Below, one piece after another: positions 24,347 to 37,047 of a stretch of DNA of 64,000 nt (position 1 is its first letter; each line of letters starts with the position of its first letter). The stretch lies in NCBI RefSeq assembly GCF_964194025.1, contig NC_134475.1, forward strand, positions 17,546,001 to 17,610,000. The letters are read 5' to 3'. This DNA is from Convolutriloba macropyga (lineage: Eukaryota). The notes beneath the pieces are model-generated. The model was not told where the DNA came from, searched no databases, and saw only the letters and a list, made by a program, of their open reading frames with translations. Made by a program: the position numbers and the translations under genes.

Positions 24347-25574
24347 TTAATCAATTTTGATGTATTTTTTCATTTTTCACTTCAATGTCTGCGATTTTGT
24401 GGGCAGTCTATTTCAAGTTGAAGCCGGCTACTTTCTGTATAGACTGAGAAAATCCCTCGTAAGACTATATGACCTTGATGTTGAAGTACTGAATGGTCGT
24501 TCTACGCTGAATTTGAGGTTCTTTTCAGTTATCGAACGCTGTGTCTGTGAGCGAATCAGATCTCACCTGGAATCAATTGATATTTTCACGTGTCAGTGCT
24601 TACGTACTGCTGCCGGTAGGTTACAAAAACAGCCTTGTTTAAAGTTTTAAACGACGTTTTTATTCTGTATACTTTTTTATTTGTCATTGTGCGAATCATA
24701 CTGTGCTATGTTTTTGCATGTTTAACAACTTGCGATGAAAAGGTGTTAAATTTTCTGCGAAAACGTTAATAAGAGGCTCTTATCAATAGAAAGACTTCTT
24801 TTATGAAGATTTTATGAAGCCAACCGCTCTTCAAAAGTTGTTTGTGCGGTATTTTTCTCAGGGTTTACAAAAATATCATGATTTACGACTTTTTTGTACA
24901 ATTATTACCATCAGAGGATAAATGCGGTCGAATATAATTGTCGATTGTACGCGAAATATTCTGTTCAACTGCTCTGAAAACTTTTAAGTTCACACCTGGT
25001 CTTTTTGTGTACAAAATTGTTTGTGACTAATTTGACTTTTCGATCAACTTTCTTCTCCACTTCTGGTCTTGCTAGATTTGAATTTCTGCCATTCAGATTT
25101 TTGACCGGCTGAACACTACTGAAAGTCTGATATACTGTATCTTCCCGATTGAATCAACTTAATTTTGAAATACAATTATTAGCGTTTTCCTTGTAGTGAA
25201 ATTTTGGTTGTCCTCAATGCCATGTTGATCAAACTTTCGGAATCCGTGCTTACATTTAGGAAAAGTGTAGGGAGAATTTTTTTGCACTTGTTTCCGACTT
25301 GACCAATTTTTTAAAAATAAAATTGATTTTTGGGTTTCGTTTTTCAGAAACTGCCGAAAAATCTGATTGAGTTAAAATGTCGGCTTTAATAAGGTGATAA
25401 CGTAGCTTAAGCAACTAAGTTTTATGATTATATGCCTATGATTATTCAACCCTCCACTAACATACAACATTACTTAACTTCGAGAGCAGACTGATCAACC
25501 AACCACTCAGTGCTAACGCACTTTCGTTGTTGATTGATTCCTCCGTTTTATCCACTACTACAGTATTGACTTTT

Positions 25575-25990
25575 AATTGACTATCTCTTTCTATTTGAGA
25601 TCTAACAAAACAACTTTCATATGCGTTGTCAGTACCAGTTAGTAGTTTATACATTAATAGATTGGGATGACATTGATGTATATATTCAATTATTTTATCA
25701 CATAGTTTCTAGCCTAATACAACTAAATAATGCCAAAACGCCATAGTTCACCCATCTAACATTATCACCATTAGCTATTACTGCATCAGCATCATCTGCA
25801 ACCATAAATGATATCTCTAAATAAGATTCATGTAAATTTAAATGATTCTCTCCTTTACTAATTAAAATATTAATATTATTATTAACTGTTTGGTTTATAA
25901 TTTATTATCTTGTTATTTTGTTTGTCATTTTAATACATATATTGTCTATCAATTTTGAAATTCGTTTTTATAGTATAAAAAAGACTGACA
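25575..25990 (-). pseudogene. Maverick major capsid protein (double jelly-roll) N-terminal fragment
   Basis: Across frameshifts: NINILISKGENHLNLHESYLEISF...NVRWVNYGVLALFSCIRLET...IIEYIHQCHPNLLMYKLLTGTD, resembling the Polinton MCP pattern SYL...N...LF..I.L...IE. Confidence 0.6.
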
Positions 25991-26092
25991 ACTTAATCGC
26001 ATATGAAATACAAAAGATACATGAAGCCCTAATTACACTTAAGTTTAGAAATGCATACACTTAACTAAAGAAAAACATACACTTAACTTTAG

Positions 26093-26700
26093 AATGATAA
26101 AATCAACAGAAAGATTTAACTTTAGCGAGCCTATACTTAATACAAAATTGGGATTAATTAGATTATCAGTTTATAACTCCCGTGTTTAATGTAAATAAAA
26201 TCAATAGTCAATTTTTATTTGCTAGCGTGTATTTAGATAACGGTGTTTCTTCTCCGTCGAAGTCCTATAAAATTGATACTAAAACTTCTTTTCAACTGAG
26301 ATGCCTGGAGCATATGAATTGTCTGATATAGCAGAAATAATAAAAGAAGAAACTTAAGGTAATGTGATAATTGAAGAAGACAAAAATACAATGAAATGTA
26401 AGATGGAAATGAAACGGGGTGTAATTAGTTTTGATGTTGAAAACTTAATAAAATCATTACTAGGATTTAGGAAAATAATATATATATCTCTAAAATTATT
26501 GATATGATGGGTTTTAATTCTATTATTTGCTGTAATGTGATATCTGATGTTAAAAATAATGGTAATGAAACAGACATACTATACACTTTTCATCGAATAG
26601 AACCGCCTGGGTATATGATTAATATTATACCAACTAATGTACTATGTCAATATGTTGAGGAAGGAAAGAATAGAAAATATAGCGTCGTATTTACTTTACT
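26093..26700 (+). pseudogene. Maverick minor capsid protein (penton) remnant
   Basis: LGLIRLSVYNS...PGAYELSDIAEII...SLLGF...CNVIS...NG...ILYTF...PPGYMINIIP, the Polinton/adintovirus penton pattern. Confidence 0.7.
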
Positions 26701-26883
26701 CTTGTTCTAGAGACAAGACTTAGTCATAGACTTAGTCATTGTCTTGGAAGTTGACTTAGACTAAGACTTAGAATTAGTCATTGTCTTAGACGTTGACTTA
26801 GACTAAAACTGATGCTTAGACTGAGACCCTGTCAAAGAGCTAGTCATAGACCCTTTCAGAGGCTTAGACTTAGTCCTAGCTAT
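26690..26883 (-). pseudogene. Small Ser/Lys/Thr-rich repetitive basic protein remnant (putative virion core protein)
   Basis: Minus frame: (I)ARTKSKPLKGSMTSSLTGSQSKHQF*SKSTSKTMTNSKS*SKSTSKTMTKSMTKS; built from codon-phased GACTTA repeats; lies directly after the ATPase. Confidence 0.45.
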
Positions 26884-26884
26884 A

Positions 26885-27495
26885 TTATAACATCATGCCA
26901 TCCAATTCCTGGCTGACCGTTAATGTTTTTATTTCTAGATATGTTAATAACAAAATAATTATACGGTGTTTTCCAAACATCATTGCATATTTTTGCAAAC
27001 TGTTTATAACTTAGTTCTCCTTCATTAAAGAAGAAGTGATTTATTGTTTCACGTCCCTTACTTCGATGTTCGAATAATAAGATTAGATTTGAGTTTTCTC
27101 TAACACTTTTTGTTGATTAGTAGAGAACATGATTAGGATAGGATATATTACAGTTTTTATGTCCACCTATACAAAAATACTCCTTCATCAGAGGTAACTT
27201 AGGAGAAACGTCATCATGTATCATTAGATTCCTTTGTGTTTTATCTAAATTTTCTGTTTTAGCTAGTTCATTGATATGTGGTATAAAGTGGGTTTTCGAA
27301 TGTGTTGGGGAACCAAGGTCGGAGACCCTTTCACCATTGGCACAGCTGAAGTTCTCATATTGATCCCCAATTAGACCCAGAATATATAAATAGTCAAAGT
27401 CTAAGTTCTTCATGAATAGATTTTTCAATAAGTCTTACCACATTCACTTGGACATTCACTTGATCTAAATTTATTAGATCACTATTACTCATAGC
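26885..27495 (-). pseudogene. Maverick A32-like (FtsK/HerA) packaging ATPase remnant
   Basis: Walker A remnant PSECGKT (~27430-27452); Walker B LMIHDD; YFCIGGHKN (the GRH motif); RENSNLILLF; CNDVWKTPYNYFVI. Confidence 0.8.
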
Positions 27496-27547
27496 TATAT
27501 TCTCAATATTTTATTTGATAAGAAATTCTTCAAATTTAAAACATTCA

Positions 27548-27553
<6 letters not shown>

Positions 27554-27591
<38 letters not shown>
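27554..27591. repeat. (AT)n microsatellite between divergently oriented Maverick genes
   Basis: Direct reading. Confidence 0.95.
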
Positions 27592-27597
<6 letters not shown>

Positions 27598-30089
27598 TTA
27601 TATTTAAAATAGCGAAAATTGTCTTGGCCCAAGATTATATTCATTATTCTAGTTATTGCAAGCGTGTTGTATATATGTTTATCTCCTGATAGATATCAGA
27701 AATTACAAAAAGTCAGATGAGGGTAAAAGAAATGAATCTTTGAAAATTAGATTAAAAGATCAGTCTGAAAAAGACGTTATTGATAAAGATAACTAGAAGT
27801 TCTATTTTTTAAAAGTTTTAAAGTTTAAAGGTATTAAGCCAACGTTTGATTTTATTGGAAGTAATATAAAATTGAATGAAATTTTACAAATTATTACTTC
27901 TGTATCTGCATTAGGTGTTATAGGTTTTTATCCTATATGTTTACTAATGATACAGAAAAAAGCAAAACGTATCAGGCTGCTAATGTGGCTAGTGCTGTTT
28001 GTGATCGATTTGGTAGAATTAACCGTATTAGAGTAAATTTGGGTTTGGGTGAAGGAAGCGAGGCTCGTACTGATCTGCGAAGTAGTTTCATTGATCTGCG
28101 AAGCAGATTCACGGATCAAGGAAGCTGCAAAGGGCCTTCGCCCTTGTTTCACCAAACAGGCGACTTAGCTCAGGAACAGACAGTAGTTGAGCAGCAAGAT
28201 GTAAATTTAATAAAAGGATCTAGATAAACATGAGACAATTAAAGCATTTAAGAAAGTTATTGAAAAAGGGTATCAGCGAAGCTGCTGGTGAACCAAAACC
28301 GAAGGTCTTTTCAGAGATGCCAATACTAAAGCTAATGTTAATACTTATACTAAGAGTAAAGCATGGTCAAAACCAGACGAGGGTCCTGTGGATCAATGTA
28401 GTCGCCGCTTCGAGGATCGACAAAGTCGCCACTCCGTGGATAAATGTAGTTGCTGCTTTGCGGATGTAAAGCAGTGTCTGTCTGTGGGTGGAACCTTACC
28501 ACCCAATTACAAACAAAGTAATCTGTTTGATGAATTTATAGTTAAAAGGAATTTGTTCATCAAAGAAATATGGAGAAGGGTTATTATATGGGACATTAAA
28601 AGTAAATAAGGAATTTTGTAATGACGTAAGTGAATATAGAAAATGACAATATATTGATACATTAAGTTTTGTAGATAGAAGAAACAAAAAATTTAAAAAA
28701 CTCTTGGTTATACAAGACTAGAAGATTTGAAGCAAAATCGACAAAAGAATTTTTTTTCACTAAAAGGTCATTACGATGGCTTCCACAAACACTTGATAAC
28801 AAATTGTAATGGTTGTAATTAAAAACGCCTTAGAGGTGTTTGTGTTGAGAATAATTGATATTGATGGTGTTGATATTGAAATACACGAATTTGGTAAGAC
28901 TTTAATCAATTTAACTTCTAGAAATTGTAATAAATGTAAGGTTTGTGAATCAGAAATTTTGATATAAATAGGTATAGATTAAGGAATGTAATGCAATTAA
29001 AGTTAACTGTGAATACTGTAGTTCTAGTGTGAGAATTAATGGATTGAAAGCCCATACTAAGAAACAATATCCTCAAAAAATTTTACAAAGAGGATTTTGA
29101 TCTTATTAATTTAGTTTTTGATATTATTTTCGTTTCTCATCGTAATGATAATTAGTTTCTGATAATAAAAATGATACTAATAATTTAGTTTCCATTAATA
29201 CTAGTTGCTCATGTAAATACTATATTTTCTTTTCCCAACTTGACTCTAATGGTATAGATATAATTTTAAAAAATATATAATAAATTTAAGCACGATGAAA
29301 AGCACAATGATAAAAACTATTTAGGCCTAAATCATGCCTAATGCTTCTGCTTATACATGCTTATTCATGCTATTCTATTGCCTTAAGTTATGAAAGAAAT
29401 AAGCACAATTAACTTACTTTATGCTGGTAATTTTTCAATTTATTTTTGCAACTTGGTTTTACGTGCTTTTTTACACGGTCTCACTATTTACACTGAATAA
29501 ATCCACTGAAGTCAATGGGTATAGAACCCAAACTACCCGTCTGATAGTGGATAGTTGCCAGCTTAACTTGATTTTAGTGAATTGCACTGAGACAAGAAAT
29601 TATAGTTCGAAAAATATTTGAAGGTAAATAGAGTAATGTGTATATGTAGTAGTGGATATATCCAATTCTGTAGTAGTGGATAAAACAGGGAATCCATCAA
29701 CAGCGAATGCGTGTTAGCACTGAGTGGTTGGTTGGTTCCCCCGTTTTATCCACTACTCCGTTTTGTGAAAAGAAAGTAAGAGTGAGTTCATTACAGCGTT
29801 AGAGGTTTCAGCAGTTCTGTCGAAAACCAACATAATGTTTGAGAAATGCCACGAGGAACTTTTATGCATTATAGCACAAGTCAATCTTTTTACCAAAGTA
29901 CATAAGCATCTTTTTACCTTCTGGTTTTCAAATACGGTTCATGTGCAATTTATTTGTTCAAAAAAATTTCCGAACCTGAAATTTTTCCGGTTTTTTTTCT
30001 AACTGCGTCGTTCAAGTCAGGTGGAAAGACTTTGTTTTTTTTCTAACCTTTCTTAAACTTTTTCGTTTTACAGGCTTTGGTTTTCATAA

Positions 30090-31900
30090 TAACTCTCAAA
30101 TGAACTTTGTAGCAATTATATTAGTAATTAATAATTAGTTATCAGTGGTTAATTATATTTCGCTTAGCAGGTATCTTAGAGCATTTCTATTTAAGTATGT
30201 GATTCATTAGAAATGTCGAGGAGACCTAAATTCATTGTGTGTACGTTGGTTCTAAAAGTTTGACCTCCACACACATGTACTCCCAGGCTAAATTATGTAG
30301 GCATCACATTGGAAAGGGAATTTTTTAGTGGTTTGGAGCTCACTAAGAAGAAGCTAGCAAATACCAAAGCCGAGCCCACATCTCGCCAGCTTTTTGGGTG
30401 CAATTTTTACGATGTTAGTCGGTTTTGTTGTTATTGCACATATTCTTGAAATCACATTGCTCGCTCATCTTCTCGTAGTGTTTGCGCTATGTCAAAATCA
30501 TATTAAAACTTTTTTGAAAACATTTGTTGCTGTTTATTTGCTCTCGAACGAAGTTCTTGGCAATTATTGTAAACATGTTGGACTTTTTTATGAAAATGTT
30601 TTGCTTGACCATTTTGCACTTTTCTTCTAGAACATTCTTTGACTTCTGCACGTGACTTTTTCACTCTTTCGTTCGTTTTTGAGTGATCTCTATTGTTCTT
30701 GCTCCGAAGTAAAGCTTGTTGCTCAAATAAAATCGATTGCAGCATAGCCATGATTCGAATCCCGTTGTGATCAACTATTTTTTGCACCCATAAAGAAAAT
30801 TTTACCTAGGCTACAGCCCCTGAATTAAATTGCCTAGCCTGTCGTTTGAGAGCAATTCTTCCGATATTAGTCGGTTTATATGTTTTAATTGTTTGTAAAT
30901 TGACCATTGAATTGCAATCCGATAAATAATTTACCAAAAAAAGTTTTTCGCAAACCTTTTTGATTTATTTTTGATTCATTTTCTCAGTGAGAACACTGGT
31001 TCAAAAACTTTTTTGATACAATCATTGTAGACAGATAAAACACACCTACGGTGCCAGATCCAAGAGTGCCAGATTTTCCTATAGAAAATGCCAGATTTCG
31101 AAACTCGCATTAAACGTGTTTCAAGTAGGGATTCACCACTCACTCAAACAAAGTCCGACTTACATCTTGAACCGTTTCCCGACTTATTCAAGGATTTCTC
31201 GGTGAGTTTTCAGAGTCCTATGAATTAGATGCTTTCATGTCTTTTTTATAGCTGCGAAGCTGTAAGCTGAGCGAAGCTATATTGCGGTGCTCTTGGTTTT
31301 TTTGTTCCGTCGTCTGACGCTCTTTTTTCGTTTTACATTTGTTCACAGCAAAGCTGAAAAAGTCAAATTTTCTGAATGACTTCTTCCTCTCACTAACGGC
31401 ATTTGCGCGCGTGACGTCATTTCTCACTCGCTTTAACAAAAAGGTTTTAGGCTATTTGCGTGATTAGATTTTGATCATACGTGACTTACCTCACTCAATA
31501 AAATGACTTTTGCACTTTAAAACTTAAGTTTAATTTGAATTTGTTTAAGGTCAAAGGAACTCATATGGGCAGTAAAGGTCCCTAATAAGAGGTTTCAGTG
31601 CAATGAATTTTAACAAGCTTTATTAATTTATCGCTGAATGTTTTTTAGCCTAGTTTTTTGAACGGCGTCGATTTTTTTTAATTTAGATCTGTATCTGTTT
31701 CTTATCTCTTTTATATGGCACGCAGGTCTATTCTTTTGCAGCTATTCCGGCAATCAGCAGGCTATGTTTTTTGAATTAATTGCTAATTGAATCAACACCT
31801 CGGATTGACAAAGAAGATTGGCAATGCGCTTAGGCCCTTGCGGTTACTCAATTTGTTATGGTTTACAATCAAGCTTGAAAGCTGTAATTCAAAAAATTAA
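30090..31900. repeat. Fragments of an old dispersed repeat family also present at ~41330-41580, ~42800-43330 and in the 57-64 kb array
   Basis: Shared motifs ctctcaaa.gaa.tttgtagcaatta (30092, 41333, 57530), tatagct..gaag.tgtaagctg.gcg.agctatattg (31247, 42808) and tagattttgatca...gtgactta (31465, 43131). Confidence 0.6.
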
Positions 31901-31932
31901 CATAACTCTTAGATATGTATATATACGTACAC

Positions 31933-34900
31933 TTCCATTAGTTTTCGCTTATTTCAATACTGCTGTTTGACTTGAAACACAAAAAGAGAAATTGCCGAGC
32001 AATAAATATGTGCTTTAATGGGGAATTTTTTTCAATATTGGTTAATACAAATGGTTGTTTTATCGAAAAAAAACGTACATCCAATTTTGCAAATCGGTAA
32101 AATTTTCAACAAATTGGAAATGAGATTCTTTTATACCGCTAACCAGGGACGCTGATTATGTTTTCAATTCTCTTAAAAGAGCAGGATCAGTCAATTATGC
32201 GCAAAAAAACTTGTTTAGGCAAAACCTCACTTCAAAGCAGTCTATTGGGAAACGTTAAATCAGTCGTTTTCTTTAAGAATTGACTTCACAACTGAGATTA
32301 TGGTATTATTCAGAGTAATATTTTGGTTACTACGGTCAACGCTGCTTTTTTAAAAGGCCTTCGTAATACTTGTTAGAAGTTCACTCGAGATCAAGTTTAA
32401 CGAAAATATAACATATAAAATTGTGCAACTTTTTAATTGAAAAATACCAACTTTTTTGACCACCAGTTGCAGATGTTAACTGTCACTCCTAGGTGCCATG
32501 TAAAATCGTTGGGAGCTAGAAAACTGAATGAAAGGCTGAGCGTTGAATCACTTTCTTCATTTTTTGCACTTAGAATAATAAAGAAATACTAATTTTGTGG
32601 TACTTATGAATTATATTGGAATGAAGCCACTTGACATTACCTTGTCTCCTCCTCTTTTCCTCTGATTCAAAGGTAATGATTTTTTTCGTGTTAAGTTTCT
32701 CATGGATGAAAATAAATGTTTTTACTGGAACTAGATTTTTAAAAAAAGTGTGTCTCTTTTAATGTGTTGTGGCTGCTGGTCTATTGTGTTTCCAATGGAC
32801 GAGGATCAGCTAATAGCCATTATAATTTACTCTTACTTATCTTGAAACGGAAGCAAATTGTAATTCTAATATAATGAAAAATTCAAACTTTAAATAAATA
32901 TCGTTTTATGAAAATAGTTGGTGTTCTCGTTTGAAGTAGAAAGATTAATCGGATGCTTTTTAGTTTCTAGAAGCGATTGTGAAAGTTGTTCATCTTTCAA
33001 TGAAGGTGTATTTTGGTTCTTTTGGTTCCAAAACCGCAGGGTACGAAAAGATGTATAGTGATATTATATCAAAACATTGATATAATAAAGTAAAATCTCA
33101 ATTCAAATTTTGAGAACCAAAAAATATCCAAACATGACTGTCTAGAAAAGTGCAAAAGTACTTGCAGACTAAATTAAAAATTTAAGCGTTTTGAAGATAT
33201 CGGGAGGCGTGAAGGGATAAAGAAAGGAGAAAAAAAATTTGAAGATCTGCATTAATTGATTAATTTGTTTTCCATTTTGCCCTTTTGTTGTCTGGAAATG
33301 ATATCGATCGGCCAGAATTGACTTGATAAAAGTCAGGGTAGCTTAAAGTTCATTACCCCCAAATCAATTCGAGGGCTGGAACAAGTCACGTCTTCACATT
33401 TTGTTAAGTCTACTATTTTTTAGGTTAAAGAAGATGGTGGAAAAAGGGTCCTTTACTGTTACTTGGTTACTTGAAGATATGGCATGTAGGAATACTGGTA
33501 GTTATATTAGGTAAAATGAGATGGGGTGATAGCTGCACCTCGGTTGTGGAACCTTCGCTTTTCATTTGGCAATAAGTTTCTTGTATGGATTGCAAGTTCC
33601 ATTTGAGCACAAGACTCTGAGCTTGATCCTCAGCATTTATATTAACGCAATGAACGAATATATGAGAAAAGGAAAAAGCAGAAATTGAAGAAATTCAAAA
33701 TCCAACTATGTCCTACATGTATCCTAATAAAAGTAGTTTTTTCCATTAGTATAATTCTGACTTTTCCGTTTTGTGCTCCGTCGTTCTCTTCGAATTATTC
33801 GAACTTCCATTAAAACTTCGGGTTTTTGATCAAGTTTTTTTAACGAGCTCACGTAAAAAAACTTTGTTTAGAAATTCGAATTCTAATCTTTATAGACATT
33901 CTTTTTCTTGAAGACGGGAAATATGATGGCGTGCATGATTGAGGTCACACTGACCTCGTTTTTTTGTGTATGCAAGAAGTAAGTGTATATTTCTGCATAT
34001 GTGTATTTTGTTGCGTTGTTGAGTTGAATGCCTTGAGGTATTAACGAATATTGGTTCTGATCAGAGCAGCAGCTCTGTTTGAAAATGTCTTTGCTGTCTT
34101 TTTAATCTGTAGCGTACAATAAAAAGGAAACTAGTAAATTTAAACATGCTTTCTGCCTTTAATGCTCTCTGATTTTGGCGTCTTATCACTTCAAAATGCG
34201 GCCTCTGATGTTTTTACTGCAGGTTTAAATTGAAATTTTCCCTCATTCTTTCAAAAAAATTCCCATATTAATATTTTGCTTTCCCTATATACATTGTTCC
34301 CGGCGGTGCAATGCTGCCGGTTTGTGGAGGTATGGGAGGCAGCCGTGCTTTACAACCACTGCTGTGCTGCTGTTTTTCCTCATTTTTGATTCCCAGCCAT
34401 CTAGCTAGCAGCATTTTGTTGTTAATATGCGCGGTCACCTAAAAAACAACGCAGCAGAAAGCGAGTTCGCGGCAGCCCATTGTAAATAAGTTCCATTCGC
34501 TTTCGCTTATTTCAATACTGCTGTTTGACTTGAAACACAAAAAGAGAAATTGCCGAGCAATAAATATGTGCTTTAATGGGGATTTTTTTTCAATATTGGT
34601 TAATACAAATGGTTGTTTTATCGAAAAAAAACGTACATCCAATTTTGCAAATCGGTAAAATTTTCAACAAATTGGAAATGAGATTCTTTTATACCGCTAA
34701 CCAGGGACGCTGATTATGTTTTCAATTCTCTTAAAAGAGCAGGATCAGTCAATTATGCGCAAAAAAACTTGTTTAGGCAAAACCTCACTTCAAAGCAGTC
34801 TATTGGGAAACGTTAAATCAGTCGTTTTCTTTAAGAATTGACTTCACAACTGAGATTATGGTATTATTCAGAGTAATATTTTGGTTACTACGGTCAACGC

Positions 34901-37047
34901 TGCTTTTTTAAAAGGCCTTCGTAATACTTGTTAGAAGTTCACTCGAGATCAAGTTTAACGAAAATATAACATATAAAATTGTGCAACTTTTTAATTGAAA
35001 AATACCAACTTTTTTGACCACCAGTTGCAGATGTTAACTGTCACTCCTAGGTGCCATGTAAAATCGTTGGGAGCTAGAAAACTGAATGAAAGGCTGAGCG
35101 TTGAATCACTTTCTTCATTTTTTGCACTTAGAATAATAAAGAAATACTAATTTTGTGGTACTTATGAATTATATTGGAATGAAGCCACTTGACATTACCT
35201 TGTCTCCTCCTCTTTTCCTCTGATTCAAAGGTAATGATTTTTTTCGTGTTAAGTTTCTCATGGATGAAAATAAATGTTTTTACTGGAACTAGATTTTTAA
35301 AAAAAGTGTGTCTCTTTTAATGTGTTGTGGCTGCTGGTCTATTGTGTTTCCAATGGACGAGGATCAGCTAATAGCCATTATAATTTACTCTTACTTATCT
35401 TGAAACGGAAGCAAATTGTAATTCTAATATAATGAAAAATTCAAACTTTAAATAAATATCGTTTTATGAAAATAGTTGGTGTTCTCGTTTGAAGTAGAAA
35501 GATTAATCGGATGCTTTTTAGTTTCTAGAAGCGATTGTGAAAGTTGTTCATCTTTCAATGAAGGTGTATTTTGGTTCTTTTGGTTCCAAAACCGCAGGGT
35601 ACGAAAAGATGTATAGTGATATTATATCAAAACATTGATATAATAAAGTAAAATCTCAATTCAAATTTTGAGAACCAAAAAATATCCAAACATGACTGTC
35701 TAGAAAAGTGCAAAAGTACTTGCAGACTAAATTAAAAATTTAAGCGTTTTGAAGATATCGGGAGGCGTGAAGGGATAAAGAAAGGAGAAAAAAAATTTGA
35801 AGATCTGCATTAATTGATTAATTTGTTTTCCATTTTGCCCTTTTGTTGTCTGGAAATGATATCGATCGGCCAGAATTGACTTGATAAAAGTCAGGGTAGC
35901 TTAAAGTTCATTACCCCCAAATCAATTCGAGGGCTGGAACAAGTCACGTCTTCACATTTTGTTAAGTCTACTATTTTTTAGGTTAAAGAAGATGGTGGAA
36001 AAAGGGTCCTTTACTGTTACTTGGTTACTTGAAGATATGGCATGTAGGAATACTGGTAGTTATATTAGGTAAAATGAGATGGGGTGATAGCTGCACCTCG
36101 GTTGTGGAACCTTCGCTTTTCATTTGGCAATAAGTTTCTTGTATGGATTGCAAGTTCCATTTGAGCACAAGACTCTGAGCTTGATCCTCAGCATTTATAT
36201 TAACGCAATGAACGAATATATGAGAAAAGGAAAAAGCAGAAATTGAAGAAATTCAAAATCCAACTATGTCCTACATGTATCCTAATAAAAGTAGTTTTTT
36301 CCATTAGTATAATTCTGACTTTTCCGTTTTGTGCTCCGTCGTTCTCTTCGAATTATTCGAACTTCCATTAAAACTTCGGGTTTTTGATCAAGTTTTTTTA
36401 ACGAGCTCACGTAAAAAAACTTTGTTTAGAAATTCGAATTCTAATCTTTATAGACATTCTTTTTCTTGAAGACGGGAAATATGATGGCGTGCATGATTGA
36501 GGTCACACTGACCTCGTTTTTTTGTGTATGCAAGAAGTAAGTGTATATTTCTGCATATGTGTATTTTGTTGCGTTGTTGAGTTGAATGCCTTGAGGTATT
36601 AACGAATATTGGTTCTGATCAGAGCAGCAGCTCTGTTTGAAAATGTCTTTGCTGTCTTTTTAATCTGTAGCGTACAATAAAAAGGAAACTAGTAAATTTA
36701 AACATGCTTTCTGCCTTTAATGCTCTCTGATTTTGGCGTCTTATCACTTCAAAATGCGGCCTCTGATGTTTTTACTGCAGGTTTAAATTGAAATTTTCCC
36801 TCATTCTTTCAAAAAAATTCCCATATTAATATTTTGCTTTCCCTATATACATTGTTCCCGGCGGTGCAATGCTGCCGGTTTGTGGAGGTATGGGAGGCAG
36901 CCGTGCTTTACAACCACTGCTGTGCTGCTGTTTTTCCTCATTTTTGATTCCCAGCCATCTAGCTAGCAGCATTTTGTTGTTAATATGCGCGGTCACCTAA
37001 AAAACAACGCAGCAGAAAGCGAGTTCGCGGCAGCCCATTGTAAATAA
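31933..37047. repeat. Apparently identical direct tandem duplication, period 2558 bp (31933-34489 and 34491-37047)
   Basis: tttcgcttatttcaatac at 31943 and 34501; both copies end cccattgtaaataa; no internal differences seen by eye. Confidence 0.95.

Larger units (their letters stand above)
25496..29757. mobile_element. Maverick/Polinton (adintovirus-like) internally deleted, degenerate element with ~70-bp matching TIR remnants
   Basis: 25496-25568 is the reverse complement of ~29663-29734; right end ...TTATCCACTACT (AGTAGT terminus); interior has MCP, penton and ATPase remnants. Confidence 0.8.

Noticed and set aside
26700-26880. CRISPR-like or telomeric repeat
   Set aside because: Short degenerate codon-phased repeats with no spacers; not TTAGGG-type; eukaryotic context.
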